A stretch of 64,000 nt of DNA from an uncultured Deferribacteres bacterium (GTDB lineage: Bacteria > Zhuqueibacterota > JdFR-76 > DREG01). Positions within the stretch are counted from its first letter, which is position 1, and every line of letters begins with the position of its first letter. The notes beneath the pieces are model-generated. The model saw only the letters and a list, made by a program, of their open reading frames with translations, ran no database searches and was not told the origin of the DNA. The position numbers were made by a program, and so were the translations under genes. Shown in pieces: positions 21,201 to 29,799 of this stretch. Location of the stretch: contig CAJVYQ010000002.1 of assembly GCA_913009825.1 (NCBI GenBank), positions 82,675-146,674 of the forward strand. The letters run 5' to 3'.

Positions 21201-24200
21201 ACTCCGCAAACGGCAGGCGTGGCGTTCACCATTACGGTAACGGCGGAAGATGCCAATAATAATAAAGTAACCGGTTTTAACGGCACTGTTTCTATCGGCG
21301 ATGAGACAGGTTCCATAAGTCCCAAAACCAGCGGCAGTTTCAGCAATGGCGTTTGGTCGGATGATGTTAGCATCACGGAAAGCAAAACAGGCAACACTAT
21401 CACCGTAACAGGCGCCGGGAAAAGCGGTCAATCCAACAGTTTTAATGTGAACCCTGCTTCGCTGGATCATTTCACTATTGCCGCCATTTCCAGTCCTCAG
21501 GTTGCCGGAGCAGCGTTTGGGGTAACCATTACTGCTAAAGATACTTACGAAAATACGCTGACAAATTATACAAATTCAGCCGGTTTGAGCGTTAACACAG
21601 GCGCAGGAACATTCTCGCCAACGACAACTACCGGAGGGTTTACGGCAGGAGGTTGGTCGGGAAATGTTACCGTTACAAAAAAGCAGGCGGATGTTTTGCT
21701 CGTTGTAAAAGACGGCTCCGTCAGCGATACTTCCAATGCATTTAATGTGCGCGCCGCGCAGGTGGCCGGCATTACGGTGCGGGATGCCGCCCTGGGTTCC
21801 GGAAATGATGTCGGCGATCGTTCGTTAACGCTTGACCAAACTCTAATCTTGTATGCAGCGGGTTATGACCAGTATGGTAATTTTTCTCATGACGTGACCG
21901 TAAGCTGGAGCGTAACAGGAAACTTGGATTCTCCCAATCCGTCTACCGGAAACTCAACCGTTTTTGATCCCGCCACGCCCAACACAAGCGGTACCATTGT
22001 GGCGGACAGCGCGACGATTTCCGATGCAACCGGAACCATTACGGTTGGCGCTATCGCATCCATTAAAATACGCGATGCGGCAAACGGAGCGGGAAATGAA
22101 ATAACGACAGCGCAATTGACGGCGGACGATTCATTAACTCTTTACGCCGCCGGGTATGATGCCGGCAACACGTTCATCGGCGATGTACAGGTTGACTGGT
22201 CTTCTACCGGTTTGGTGCCTGTTGTATCTGTTATTTCTGTCTCCGGGGTTGTTTTTTCTCCCATCGAAGCGCCAAAATCGGGCACAATAACCGCTACACA
22301 TGCAACGGCCGGAACTAAAAATGTTACCGTCACTGTTACTCCGGGTGTTCCAACGGGCGCTATCAGTCTTACGGCAGATCCTACGGCGCTGCCCGCGGAC
22401 AACAGCAGCACTTCCGCCATCACTTCCGATGTGATTCACGATGCGGATGGAAACGCTGTTGCTTCAGGGACATTGATTACGGTTTCAATAGATGATACAG
22501 ATTTGGGCACCATCACTTCTCCGGATGCCGGCGCAGGCTATGCCGGAACTCAAATTGCTACGGACGCTTCCGGTAAAATTACGTTTGTCCTTCAAGCCGG
22601 ATCGGTTGGCGGTAAAGCTTCCATTTTTATTTCCAGTGTAACCGGCAGCGCTGCCGGCAATACGGTGGTTCAGATTACAAATTTGCGAATTTTGTCCATT
22701 GAAGCGCCGGATCTGGTCAGCCAGGGACAGACGTCGGTTCCGGTTACCATGACGGTTTACAATCTGGGCGATCAGCCGATAACGGATGTTACGGCCAGTT
22801 TAAGCTTTACGGGACCGGCCTCACAAAATTTAAACGGCGATTATGCCAATATTTCCACAACTATTCCTTCTGTCCCGGCAAATCAGCAGATGTCCATTCT
22901 GTTTAATGTAACGGTTTCCACCGGTGCAACAACAGGTATTCCCGTAACTATCGATGGCGGACTGAGCGGAAAAGTAAACGGTAATCCTGTTTCCAACCAG
23001 GGCGCGGAAACAACGGATAACTGGACGGTGCAGTCACCGGCGAGTTTTAAAATAACAAAAGTAGCTACCGACATAGATAGCGTTACCATCGGTCAGCAAA
23101 ACCTTGCCGTGGAAATGCGGGTGGAGAATACCGGCCAGGCAACGGCGCAGATTACCAACGCTACGCTTCATTTTAAAAAGGGCGCGACCAACGTCAGTTC
23201 ACAATATTCTGTATCGCCGGCGCCGGCAAATCCGACAAGTTTGACAGGTGGTACAGCAGATATTTTTGAATTCGTTGTGGATGTTTCCGCCGGCGCCGAG
23301 TTGGGAACTATCACGCTGGACGGTGAAATCGCCGGTACCGACAATAATTCAAACCGCGTAATTACAGACACCGGCGCAGATACTACAGATAATTGGGAAG
23401 TGATCGCAGCAGGCGTTTTACAGATTACATCGCTCACCACAACCCAGACGACGGTGACGCAGGGTCAAACCACACCCTGGTACATTGATCTGAATGTGAA
23501 AAACAACGGCGGCGCCAATTTCACCCTGGACAGCGCCAGAATCAGCATTTACATCGGCACGGAAGTGACGCAGGAATACACCATCGTGAACCCGGCAAAA
23601 TTTTGGAACAACGGTCTGTTATCCTCCACACTGCCGGCGCATGGCCAGGATAAACTCCGTTTCAAAATTGATGCTACCGGTGTAACAAAAGGATTGGCTA
23701 CAATCCAGGGGCGTTTGTGGGTTAAAGATGAAATCAGCGGTTCACAATTATCCGAACAGACAAACGGAAACTCCGGCAGCGTAACGGTTCAGTCTCCGGC
23801 ACAACTGCAAGTGGTATATGTATTGGCAGAAAAATCCACGTTTACTGCCGGCCAGAACACACTGTGGCGTTTAATTGCCAATGTAAAAAATTCCGGTGAA
23901 AGCGCTATCCGGATCGATACTTCCAAAGCGGTATCGTCCCTGGAATTCAAAATCGGCCAGAATGTGTTAACAGATTTTGAAGTTGAACAACCGGTGGGTA
24001 TCGATCAACAGCAGGGAGCCTTTGTTTTGGCAGGCGGGCAAACCGGATTGCTGACGTTTAATATCGTTCAGACGACGTATTCCACCGGCACATGCCGGAT
24101 AAAAGCGATCATCGGCGGCAGAGAGGTAAATAGCGACCGCTCTCTGAATAGCAGCAATTTAACTTTTGTAACCATCGTGAATTCTTCCACGGTTTATATT

Positions 24201-27200
24201 CAATCGACAATGAACAAAGCCGTAAACGAGCCCAATGTTAATACCGGACAAACTTTTGATATCGACGTGAATGTTTTTAACGGCGGTGGAGAAGCGGTTA
24301 AAAATGTCAGGGTTGCGCTGCAGAGTGACGATGCCTCCACATTTAATACCCCGGTAACTATTTCACGCATAGCGGCGGGAAATGCCGGCGTCGCCTCTTT
24401 CCATGTGATTGTTTCCAGCAATGTCGATTCCGTTGAGACATTTACCGCCGCTATCCTCTCGGCTATATCCGAAAACACCGGACAGCCGGTGGATATCGCA
24501 CCTGCTCAGGATTCCACTGCCACGGCGTTCGTCCGAAAGCCGGGTGGTTTGCAGGTTCTTTCCGTGACCACTTCCCAGGATACGGTAAGCGCCGGACAGA
24601 GGTGGCCGAGAACCTGGGATATTTACGTTGCGGTGAAAGATACCGGAGATGCGGCTCTGGAGTTCAAGTCGGTTAGTAAAGAGAATATTCAGTTTTCGAT
24701 TAGCGGCAATGTGCAAACCGACTATTTAGTCATTCCTCCCACGTCCCTTGGGGGTGAGGATTTTATTTTAGCCGGCGGAGAAATTGATACGTTGATTTAC
24801 ACGGTTCGAACCACCGGCGGTTTGGGCGGTAATGTGACCATTGCAGCCAATGTTTCTGCAGAGGATAAAAACGATCAGAGAACCGTTACCGCATCGGGAA
24901 ACGGGTTTATACGGGTTAACACGGCTGCCGAAGTAAGAATATTCCGTACCGTGATAAGTTCATCCAATCCGGCGGATGTAAACACAAGGCAGATTTTTTA
25001 CATTGCCGCCGAGATTGAAAATGGGGGTTCCGAAGCAGTGGAAAATATGCATCTCAGTCTCTCCACCAACGGTCCGTCCCAAATTATTGATAAAACCAAA
25101 CTGGTGAATTCCATTGCTGTGAACAAAACGGAAACGGTTCTGTTTGCCGTAAAAGCTGATTCTGTGGAGAACCTTGTTGGTGAGACTTTCATTGTTACCA
25201 TTGACAGCGCCAAATCGGCGGTCAGCCATGAACCGGCTCTTGTCCGTGTTCCCGCCGATAATAACGCTGCGGTTAAAATTGAAAAGCCCGCCGAAGCGCG
25301 TTTGGAAATTGAATTGAACGACCGGGACGGTATTTTAACGGCTAACCAATTGTTGGATGTAAAATTGTTTTTGCGTAACGAAGGGACGGCGGCTTTTAAA
25401 GGAACAGGGCAGATTGAGTTGGTTATACCTGAAAATTTTCGCAAAATAATGCCGTCCGATACCTTTTATGTTGCAAGAGACACCGTTTTGATTTCCGCTA
25501 GTAATCCTGCCCAATGGCAATTTCTGGCGCCCGATTCTTCCCAGGGACCGGATACGTTATTTGCCAACTGGATTATGTCTCCCCTGGATGAAAACACAAA
25601 CGCCGCCGCAGATATTTTTGCGCCGGCAGATACGATGGAATTAACCACTATAGGTAAAAATGAGATTATCGGATCACTGGCAATTGTATCTCCGGATGGC
25701 GCAACAGATAATGTCGTTTCCACGGAACAGGAATTCGTCCTGCGCCTGACCGCAACAACATCGCAGAATTTGCAGGATGTGACCGCCACGCTTATTCTGC
25801 CCGCTAATTATTCCACCGTTTCAAATTTGGTGCAAAAGGTACCGAATGACACTTTATTATGGACAATCAGAGCTCCGGAAATAAAGGATCAGACGGAGAA
25901 AAATATCATCGTAAAATTACAGGCGAAAGATGATAACAATTCCGTTTTTAACGGCGATCCGGACACGCTGAAAATTAAAACGGTCAGCCGGGCAAATTTG
26001 AATATGAGCGCCGGAATTTCGCAGCCACCCGGCGCCCGGAACGGAGTTTTATCACGCGGACAACAATTTACCATACGGGCGATTATTTCTAACCTGGGGC
26101 AGGCGGATGTCACCGGTTCGGCAGAAATCAGTTTGGATTTGGGGGCGACGGGTGTAACCGTCGCTGAACCGCTAACCGGAACGGTGCATTTTCAACCCGG
26201 CGCCGCTACGTCTGATCCCGTTGACTGGAGTGCAACGGCGCCCAACGAACTGACTTCATCGGCATTTATCACGGTTCGAATGGAAACAACCCCCAACGAT
26301 GAAAATACAAATCGAACCGCGTTTTATTCGGTGGATGTAATTCAGTTTGAAGTATCCACTATCGAAGCGGCGCAACTTTCCAATAAACTTGAAATTACCG
26401 ATCCGGCCGGTGCGCTGAATGGGGTTTTATCCACGGAGCAGAATTTTACGCTGAAAGCAACCATTCAATCGCAAAACAGCACAAACGTTCGTGCCGAACT
26501 GATTTTGCCTACAGGCGCCAATTTTTTCACCGAAAATGCGGTAAAGACGGCCAACACGGGAACAGATGTTGTTTCGTGGATTGTAAAAGCGCCGGCGACT
26601 ACGGTTCAAAATGCCAAAATATATGTCGTCACCCGGGCTGTGGATGAAAACAGCAATAAACCCATTGAAAGCGACCGGGACTCCATACTTGTAACCGTGC
26701 AGAAAAAAGCAATGCTGGAATTAACGGCCGGCACGCCAAAATCTATTCTTTCTGTCGGCGAAGAATTTGAAATTAGCGCCGTAGTTAATAATTCAGGAGA
26801 AGCGGCTCTTTTAGATGAAGCGGAATTGAGAATTAATTTACCGGCTGGATTTACTACCGCGGCTGATACAATTAAGGAAACTGCGCAACTTACCACTTCC
26901 TGGATTGTGAAAGCGCCATCCGTGCCAAGCAGTGTGCCGCAAAATATCCGGATATCTATCCAACGTACGCCTCTGGATCAGAATACAAATAATTTTGCTA
27001 CGGTGAACATTTCAATCAGTACCGTTGTTGTGCGGGTGGAAGCCAAGCAAATGGAATTTCTAAAACTAACTTCGTTTACTCAATCCTCAATTGCTGAAGG
27101 TGATAAAAATGTACCGTTGTTGGGTTTTCAGCTCAAAAACAGAGGTAGCCGGGGCTCTAACCCAATCCATTTGCGGGGAATAAAAGTTTATATTTATGAT

Positions 27201-27869
27201 AATGACGGCAAGCTGATTTCTCCGCAATCGATGTTTTCCGGTTTAACAGTGCGTAATTTTACAGATACTACCATTGTTTACGGTCATGTAACCAATCTTC
27301 CTGCAGAAAACCCGGTGAGCATCCCGTTCACGAATATCCTAATTCTGACTGCTGGCGCGCCTTATTCTCTTATCGGTATTTACGGGGATGTGTTGCCTGC
27401 TGCGGCAAAGGATATATTCTTTGTAACCGTGGAGAACAATTCTGATGTGGATGCGGTAGACGGCGTAACCAAACAGAGTGTAACCCTGGTTGATGAACGG
27501 GGAATTTCCATCACCAATTTGGATATAAGCTCTACTAAAGCGGTTATTTTGGCTGCTGATTTCAACACCACGTTCAGAAATTTTCCCAATCCATTCGGAA
27601 AGCAGGATCGTCCGACGACAAGTTTTGTTTATTTTTTAGTAAATGATTCGGATGGCGAGCTGCGATTGTTTACTCTGACCGGCGATCTTGTTTGGTTGTA
27701 TAAATTTTCATCATCCGATCCGGCCGGACAACGGGGCATTCATTCGGCAGATATTGTATGGGATGGTAAAAACGGGAATGGTTTCACTGTTTTAAACGGT
27801 GTTTATGTCGCCGTTTTAACAACCGCAGACGGAAGACGTACCGTAACAAAAGTTGCTTTTGTAAAATAG
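18300..27869 (+). CDS. giant secreted repeat-containing surface protein (3189 aa) with C-terminal T9SS-type sorting domain
   Basis: It has a signal peptide. There are tandem ~100-aa Ig-like repeats (F[NT]V..A.L.HFT.A.[VI]SSPQTAG..F.VT[IV]TA.D.Y.NTVT). A middle region has ~170-aa repeats with the TTDNW motif. A C-terminal region has ~270-aa repeats with [DE]ENTN and SWIVKAP motifs. The last ~95 aa (NFPNPF...GVYVAVL...) match the Por secretion C-terminal domain pattern. Confidence 0.85.
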   Translation: MFNLKKFFTSFFTYFFIIGFSTVFAQIEAINTEAGISTNYKFTFGITGTLDPSATFSITFPSGFDASNVQIVGSTTMTGGFTNIAATAGTVTFIRDGTGNNASGGGHIITIGIVENPSTSKITGNISFSGANSGGAGLGSASLSNTVTIAPSSLNYFTMTSVPGSATAGATFDGVLVTAKDVYNNDKTDYAGTVSWSSTDGSATLPTTGLTFSGESKTFNGFVLKTSGSQTITVTDGSISKESSVITVSAAAPSSFNISNPGTQVAGSGFSLSITGAVDAYGNSVSGTATVAFSDAGAHASPNATSPTITNITVTNGSGSATQVLVNAESGVQLQATLGSVSQSTNAFTVNATTLNGYTLSNPGSQTAGTGFDLTITDAIDIYGNGVDGTATVELLPSGSHNSPDGFSPSVQNIAVTAASPGTGSAVQILYKSENNVQLRTSMGGIQQTGAAFNVGVSSLSYVKVLTDASGNTGEVGAQTLGAGNTLTVHAGGFDGYGNYNVDEPVSWSVSGGIGNMSPASGTSSTLTASTEGSGSIKADHAAATDGVSGTITVTKGTLSYVRVVEGLSGAGSALGSRTLTAGQSLTVHAAGYDATDNYLGDYTVNWTVSNGIGSFSSGSGASTVFTAETVGNGVITAHHSTATDGASGTITVNYGTFSTFQVAADLNGTNIGNKTAGQSFNISVVAKDAYNNTVQNFTNTANLTDLTGDLNTTTGNFVEGAWTGQIIIMKSKTGNTITASNSGKSGTSNAFNVAPASLEHFTFATVSSPQTAGTDFSVTITAKDVYENTVTSHMAAANLSVNTGAGTFSPTTTGGFTAGVWTGNMTVTKAQTDVKITVSYSSKSGQSNLFNVGSGALYHFSIAPVSSPQTAGAPFSITVTAQDANDNTVTGFSGTVNISNKTASISPVISGNFSNGIWIGNVTITQVKTSDRITVLRTGGGTETGVSNTFDVTTTDIDHFTVATISTPQTAGVAFTITVTAEDANNNKVTGFNGTVSIGDETGSISPKTSGSFSNGVWSDDVSITESKTGNTITVTGAGKSGQSNSFNVNPASLDHFTIAAISSPQVAGAAFGVTITAKDTYENTLTNYTNSAGLSVNTGAGTFSPTTTTGGFTAGGWSGNVTVTKKQADVLLVVKDGSVSDTSNAFNVRAAQVAGITVRDAALGSGNDVGDRSLTLDQTLILYAAGYDQYGNFSHDVTVSWSVTGNLDSPNPSTGNSTVFDPATPNTSGTIVADSATISDATGTITVGAIASIKIRDAANGAGNEITTAQLTADDSLTLYAAGYDAGNTFIGDVQVDWSSTGLVPVVSVISVSGVVFSPIEAPKSGTITATHATAGTKNVTVTVTPGVPTGAISLTADPTALPADNSSTSAITSDVIHDADGNAVASGTLITVSIDDTDLGTITSPDAGAGYAGTQIATDASGKITFVLQAGSVGGKASIFISSVTGSAAGNTVVQITNLRILSIEAPDLVSQGQTSVPVTMTVYNLGDQPITDVTASLSFTGPASQNLNGDYANISTTIPSVPANQQMSILFNVTVSTGATTGIPVTIDGGLSGKVNGNPVSNQGAETTDNWTVQSPASFKITKVATDIDSVTIGQQNLAVEMRVENTGQATAQITNATLHFKKGATNVSSQYSVSPAPANPTSLTGGTADIFEFVVDVSAGAELGTITLDGEIAGTDNNSNRVITDTGADTTDNWEVIAAGVLQITSLTTTQTTVTQGQTTPWYIDLNVKNNGGANFTLDSARISIYIGTEVTQEYTIVNPAKFWNNGLLSSTLPAHGQDKLRFKIDATGVTKGLATIQGRLWVKDEISGSQLSEQTNGNSGSVTVQSPAQLQVVYVLAEKSTFTAGQNTLWRLIANVKNSGESAIRIDTSKAVSSLEFKIGQNVLTDFEVEQPVGIDQQQGAFVLAGGQTGLLTFNIVQTTYSTGTCRIKAIIGGREVNSDRSLNSSNLTFVTIVNSSTVYIQSTMNKAVNEPNVNTGQTFDIDVNVFNGGGEAVKNVRVALQSDDASTFNTPVTISRIAAGNAGVASFHVIVSSNVDSVETFTAAILSAISENTGQPVDIAPAQDSTATAFVRKPGGLQVLSVTTSQDTVSAGQRWPRTWDIYVAVKDTGDAALEFKSVSKENIQFSISGNVQTDYLVIPPTSLGGEDFILAGGEIDTLIYTVRTTGGLGGNVTIAANVSAEDKNDQRTVTASGNGFIRVNTAAEVRIFRTVISSSNPADVNTRQIFYIAAEIENGGSEAVENMHLSLSTNGPSQIIDKTKLVNSIAVNKTETVLFAVKADSVENLVGETFIVTIDSAKSAVSHEPALVRVPADNNAAVKIEKPAEARLEIELNDRDGILTANQLLDVKLFLRNEGTAAFKGTGQIELVIPENFRKIMPSDTFYVARDTVLISASNPAQWQFLAPDSSQGPDTLFANWIMSPLDENTNAAADIFAPADTMELTTIGKNEIIGSLAIVSPDGATDNVVSTEQEFVLRLTATTSQNLQDVTATLILPANYSTVSNLVQKVPNDTLLWTIRAPEIKDQTEKNIIVKLQAKDDNNSVFNGDPDTLKIKTVSRANLNMSAGISQPPGARNGVLSRGQQFTIRAIISNLGQADVTGSAEISLDLGATGVTVAEPLTGTVHFQPGAATSDPVDWSATAPNELTSSAFITVRMETTPNDENTNRTAFYSVDVIQFEVSTIEAAQLSNKLEITDPAGALNGVLSTEQNFTLKATIQSQNSTNVRAELILPTGANFFTENAVKTANTGTDVVSWIVKAPATTVQNAKIYVVTRAVDENSNKPIESDRDSILVTVQKKAMLELTAGTPKSILSVGEEFEISAVVNNSGEAALLDEAELRINLPAGFTTAADTIKETAQLTTSWIVKAPSVPSSVPQNIRISIQRTPLDQNTNNFATVNISISTVVVRVEAKQMEFLKLTSFTQSSIAEGDKNVPLLGFQLKNRGSRGSNPIHLRGIKVYIYDNDGKLISPQSMFSGLTVRNFTDTTIVYGHVTNLPAENPVSIPFTNILILTAGAPYSLIGIYGDVLPAAAKDIFFVTVENNSDVDAVDGVTKQSVTLVDERGISITNLDISSTKAVILAADFNTTFRNFPNPFGKQDRPTTSFVYFLVNDSDGELRLFTLTGDLVWLYKFSSSDPAGQRGIHSADIVWDGKNGNGFTVLNGVYVAVLTTADGRRTVTKVAFVK
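20270..21740 (+). repeat. five tandem ~290-bp intragenic repeats encoding Ig-like domains of the giant protein
   Basis: The repeated protein units start NAFNVAPASLEHFTFATVSSPQTAG, NLFNVGSGALYHFSIAPVSSPQTAG, NTFDVTTTDIDHFTVATISTPQTAG and NSFNVNPASLDHFTIAAISSPQVAG. Similarity is also visible at the nucleotide level. Confidence 0.7.
27578..27866 (+). other. T9SS (Por secretion) C-terminal sorting domain of the giant protein
   Basis: NFPNPFGKQDRPTTSFVYFLVNDSDGELRLFTLTGDLVWLYKFSS..GQRGIHSADIVWDGKNGNGFTVLNGVYVAVLTTADGRRTVTKVAFVK fits the CTD pattern NYPNPFN..T.I.Y.L......L.IYD..G.LV......G.....WDG.N..G..V.SGVY.Y.L......K. Confidence 0.7.
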
Positions 27870-27879
27870 AAGGTTAAAT

Positions 27880-29787
27880 ATGAGAACAAAATTTTTTCGA
27901 TCCCTCTTTTCAGCACTTTTTTTACTGGTCTTTTTAACCGGTGCCACGGCACAGGATGTTCAGGAAGGAGGGATTGCCAGTATTTTTTCCAAAGGAGTAG
28001 GCGCCCGTCAGATGGGTTTGGGCGGCGCGGTTGTGGCTTATCCGCAGGATCCAACGTCCGTTTTCTGGAACCCGGCGGGGATGGAATATTTACAGCAAAA
28101 GAGTTTTTCTCTGTTTTACGCTTCTTTACTGGCAGGTGCGTCCTATAATTTTGCCGGATATGTTCATCCCACGTTAAATATCGGCACCTTTGGCGTTGGC
28201 GTCTCCAGGATTACAACAGGAGATATACATCACTTGGAATTTACACCGGATATTCTGGATAATTTCAGTTCTGACCAGAGTGAATTTTATCTTTCTTATG
28301 CAAAAATCATCCGCAATCTGTTCTCTTTTGGCATAAATTTAAAACTGGAAAGGGAGGTCATTTTTAATTCTTCCGGAGTAGGTTTTGGTGTTGATGTTTC
28401 TTTTCTCTACCGTCCGGGAATTGACAATGTTTTTCTACGGGATATTCAACTGGGTTTGACGGTTTTAAACGCGTACGCGCCCAGAATAAAATTAGAGGAT
28501 CAGATCGAAGCCATTCCCCATCGAATTTTTCTGGGCTTTGCCAAACCGTTCCGGCTTGGCAGAGACCGGAAGCCGCTCTATTTTCTGTTTTCCGTGGAAG
28601 AAGGTGATCGGGAGTCGATCAAATTCAGAACCGGTCTGGAGTACTCTTATCAAAATTTAGGCATGCTGCGATTGGGATTCAATGACGACGGCCTCTCCTT
28701 TGGCGCCGGCGCGGCATATAAACAGTTTCAGCTTGATTATGCATATGGGAAACTGGCAAACGGCACTTACAACGGTCACCGGATTTCTTTTACGGCGCAA
28801 TTCGGGAAAACCAAAGAGGAGCTGTTGGAAGTTGCCAGAGTTAGGAGAGAACGGGAAATCAACCGGAAAGTGGCATTGGAACAACAACGCAAACGGCAAA
28901 AAAACATTCAAAAGCTGTTGAAAGACGCCAACCAACTTTACAAAGAAGAAAAATATTTTGAAGCCAAAGTAAAGTTTTCACAGGTGCTGGAGCTGGATGC
29001 CGATAATCTGGAAGCCGCTGAAATGATCGATGAAAGCGATGCGCGCATGAAAGAGATCAGCGATCAGGATATTCAAAGGATTTTGGCCGCCAGACAGGAG
29101 GAGACAGAAAAAAGTAAGACGGAAGAATATGTAAGCAAACACGTAAAACTGGGACAGGGGTTTCTGACCAAAAGGGATTTCAATTCGGCCATAAGGGAAT
29201 TTAATTTGGCGCTGGAGCGGGTTCCGGAAAGTGAATCGATCAAGGATTTGGTTGACAAAGCAAAAACCGAATTGAAAAAGATAATCAACAAATTAATCGA
29301 TAAAGCCGATAATTTAGCTAAAAAGGGTGAAATTGACGGCGCGCTTGAGTATTTTAATCAAGCCGAACTTCTTAGCATGAATGATGAGGTGCGCTACAAG
29401 GAAATTGAAAAACGGATTTCGCAGCTTGAAACAAAGCTGAATGTTGACGATTATCTCACAACCGGTATCATTGCCTACCGGGCGAAAAACTGGACGGAAG
29501 CCAGAAAGAATTTTGAGAAAGCAATGAAACTGGTGCCGAATGACACCCGGATTACGCGATATTATAAAGAAGCGGAGAGGCGTGAAAATGCCCGGGAAGA
29601 ACGAATGACGCCCGATGTTAATAAGCGTTTTATAAAGGCGTTTAATCTTTATATGAGCGGCCACCTTCAGGAAGCTATCGATATTTGGGAAGCTTTGTTG
29701 GAAAAACAACCATACAATAAAAGGATTATCGATGTCATCGACAAAGCCAAAGATGATTTGAAAAAACAGCAGAGAATAAAAAAATAG
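27880..29787 (+). CDS. outer-membrane beta-barrel protein (PorV/FadL-like N-terminal domain) with C-terminal coiled-coil/TPR-like domain
   Basis: It has a signal peptide. The motif GARQMGLGGAVVAYPQDPTSVFWNPAGM and alternating amphipathic beta strands over ~300 aa suggest a barrel. The C-terminal ~300 aa are K/E-rich and TPR-like. It is immediately downstream of the T9SS cargo gene. Confidence 0.4.
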   Translation: MRTKFFRSLFSALFLLVFLTGATAQDVQEGGIASIFSKGVGARQMGLGGAVVAYPQDPTSVFWNPAGMEYLQQKSFSLFYASLLAGASYNFAGYVHPTLNIGTFGVGVSRITTGDIHHLEFTPDILDNFSSDQSEFYLSYAKIIRNLFSFGINLKLEREVIFNSSGVGFGVDVSFLYRPGIDNVFLRDIQLGLTVLNAYAPRIKLEDQIEAIPHRIFLGFAKPFRLGRDRKPLYFLFSVEEGDRESIKFRTGLEYSYQNLGMLRLGFNDDGLSFGAGAAYKQFQLDYAYGKLANGTYNGHRISFTAQFGKTKEELLEVARVRREREINRKVALEQQRKRQKNIQKLLKDANQLYKEEKYFEAKVKFSQVLELDADNLEAAEMIDESDARMKEISDQDIQRILAARQEETEKSKTEEYVSKHVKLGQGFLTKRDFNSAIREFNLALERVPESESIKDLVDKAKTELKKIINKLIDKADNLAKKGEIDGALEYFNQAELLSMNDEVRYKEIEKRISQLETKLNVDDYLTTGIIAYRAKNWTEARKNFEKAMKLVPNDTRITRYYKEAERRENAREERMTPDVNKRFIKAFNLYMSGHLQEAIDIWEALLEKQPYNKRIIDVIDKAKDDLKKQQRIKK

Positions 29788-29799
29788 AGCGAATGGCAG

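Noticed and set aside
18506-27589. Numerous 60-260-aa minus-strand and alternate-frame ORFs inside the giant gene (for example 20697-21470, 20906-21403, 24998-25444)
   Set aside because: They are embedded antisense within a continuous 9.6-kb ORF with strong repeat and domain structure. They have low-complexity composition and no start or RBS context.
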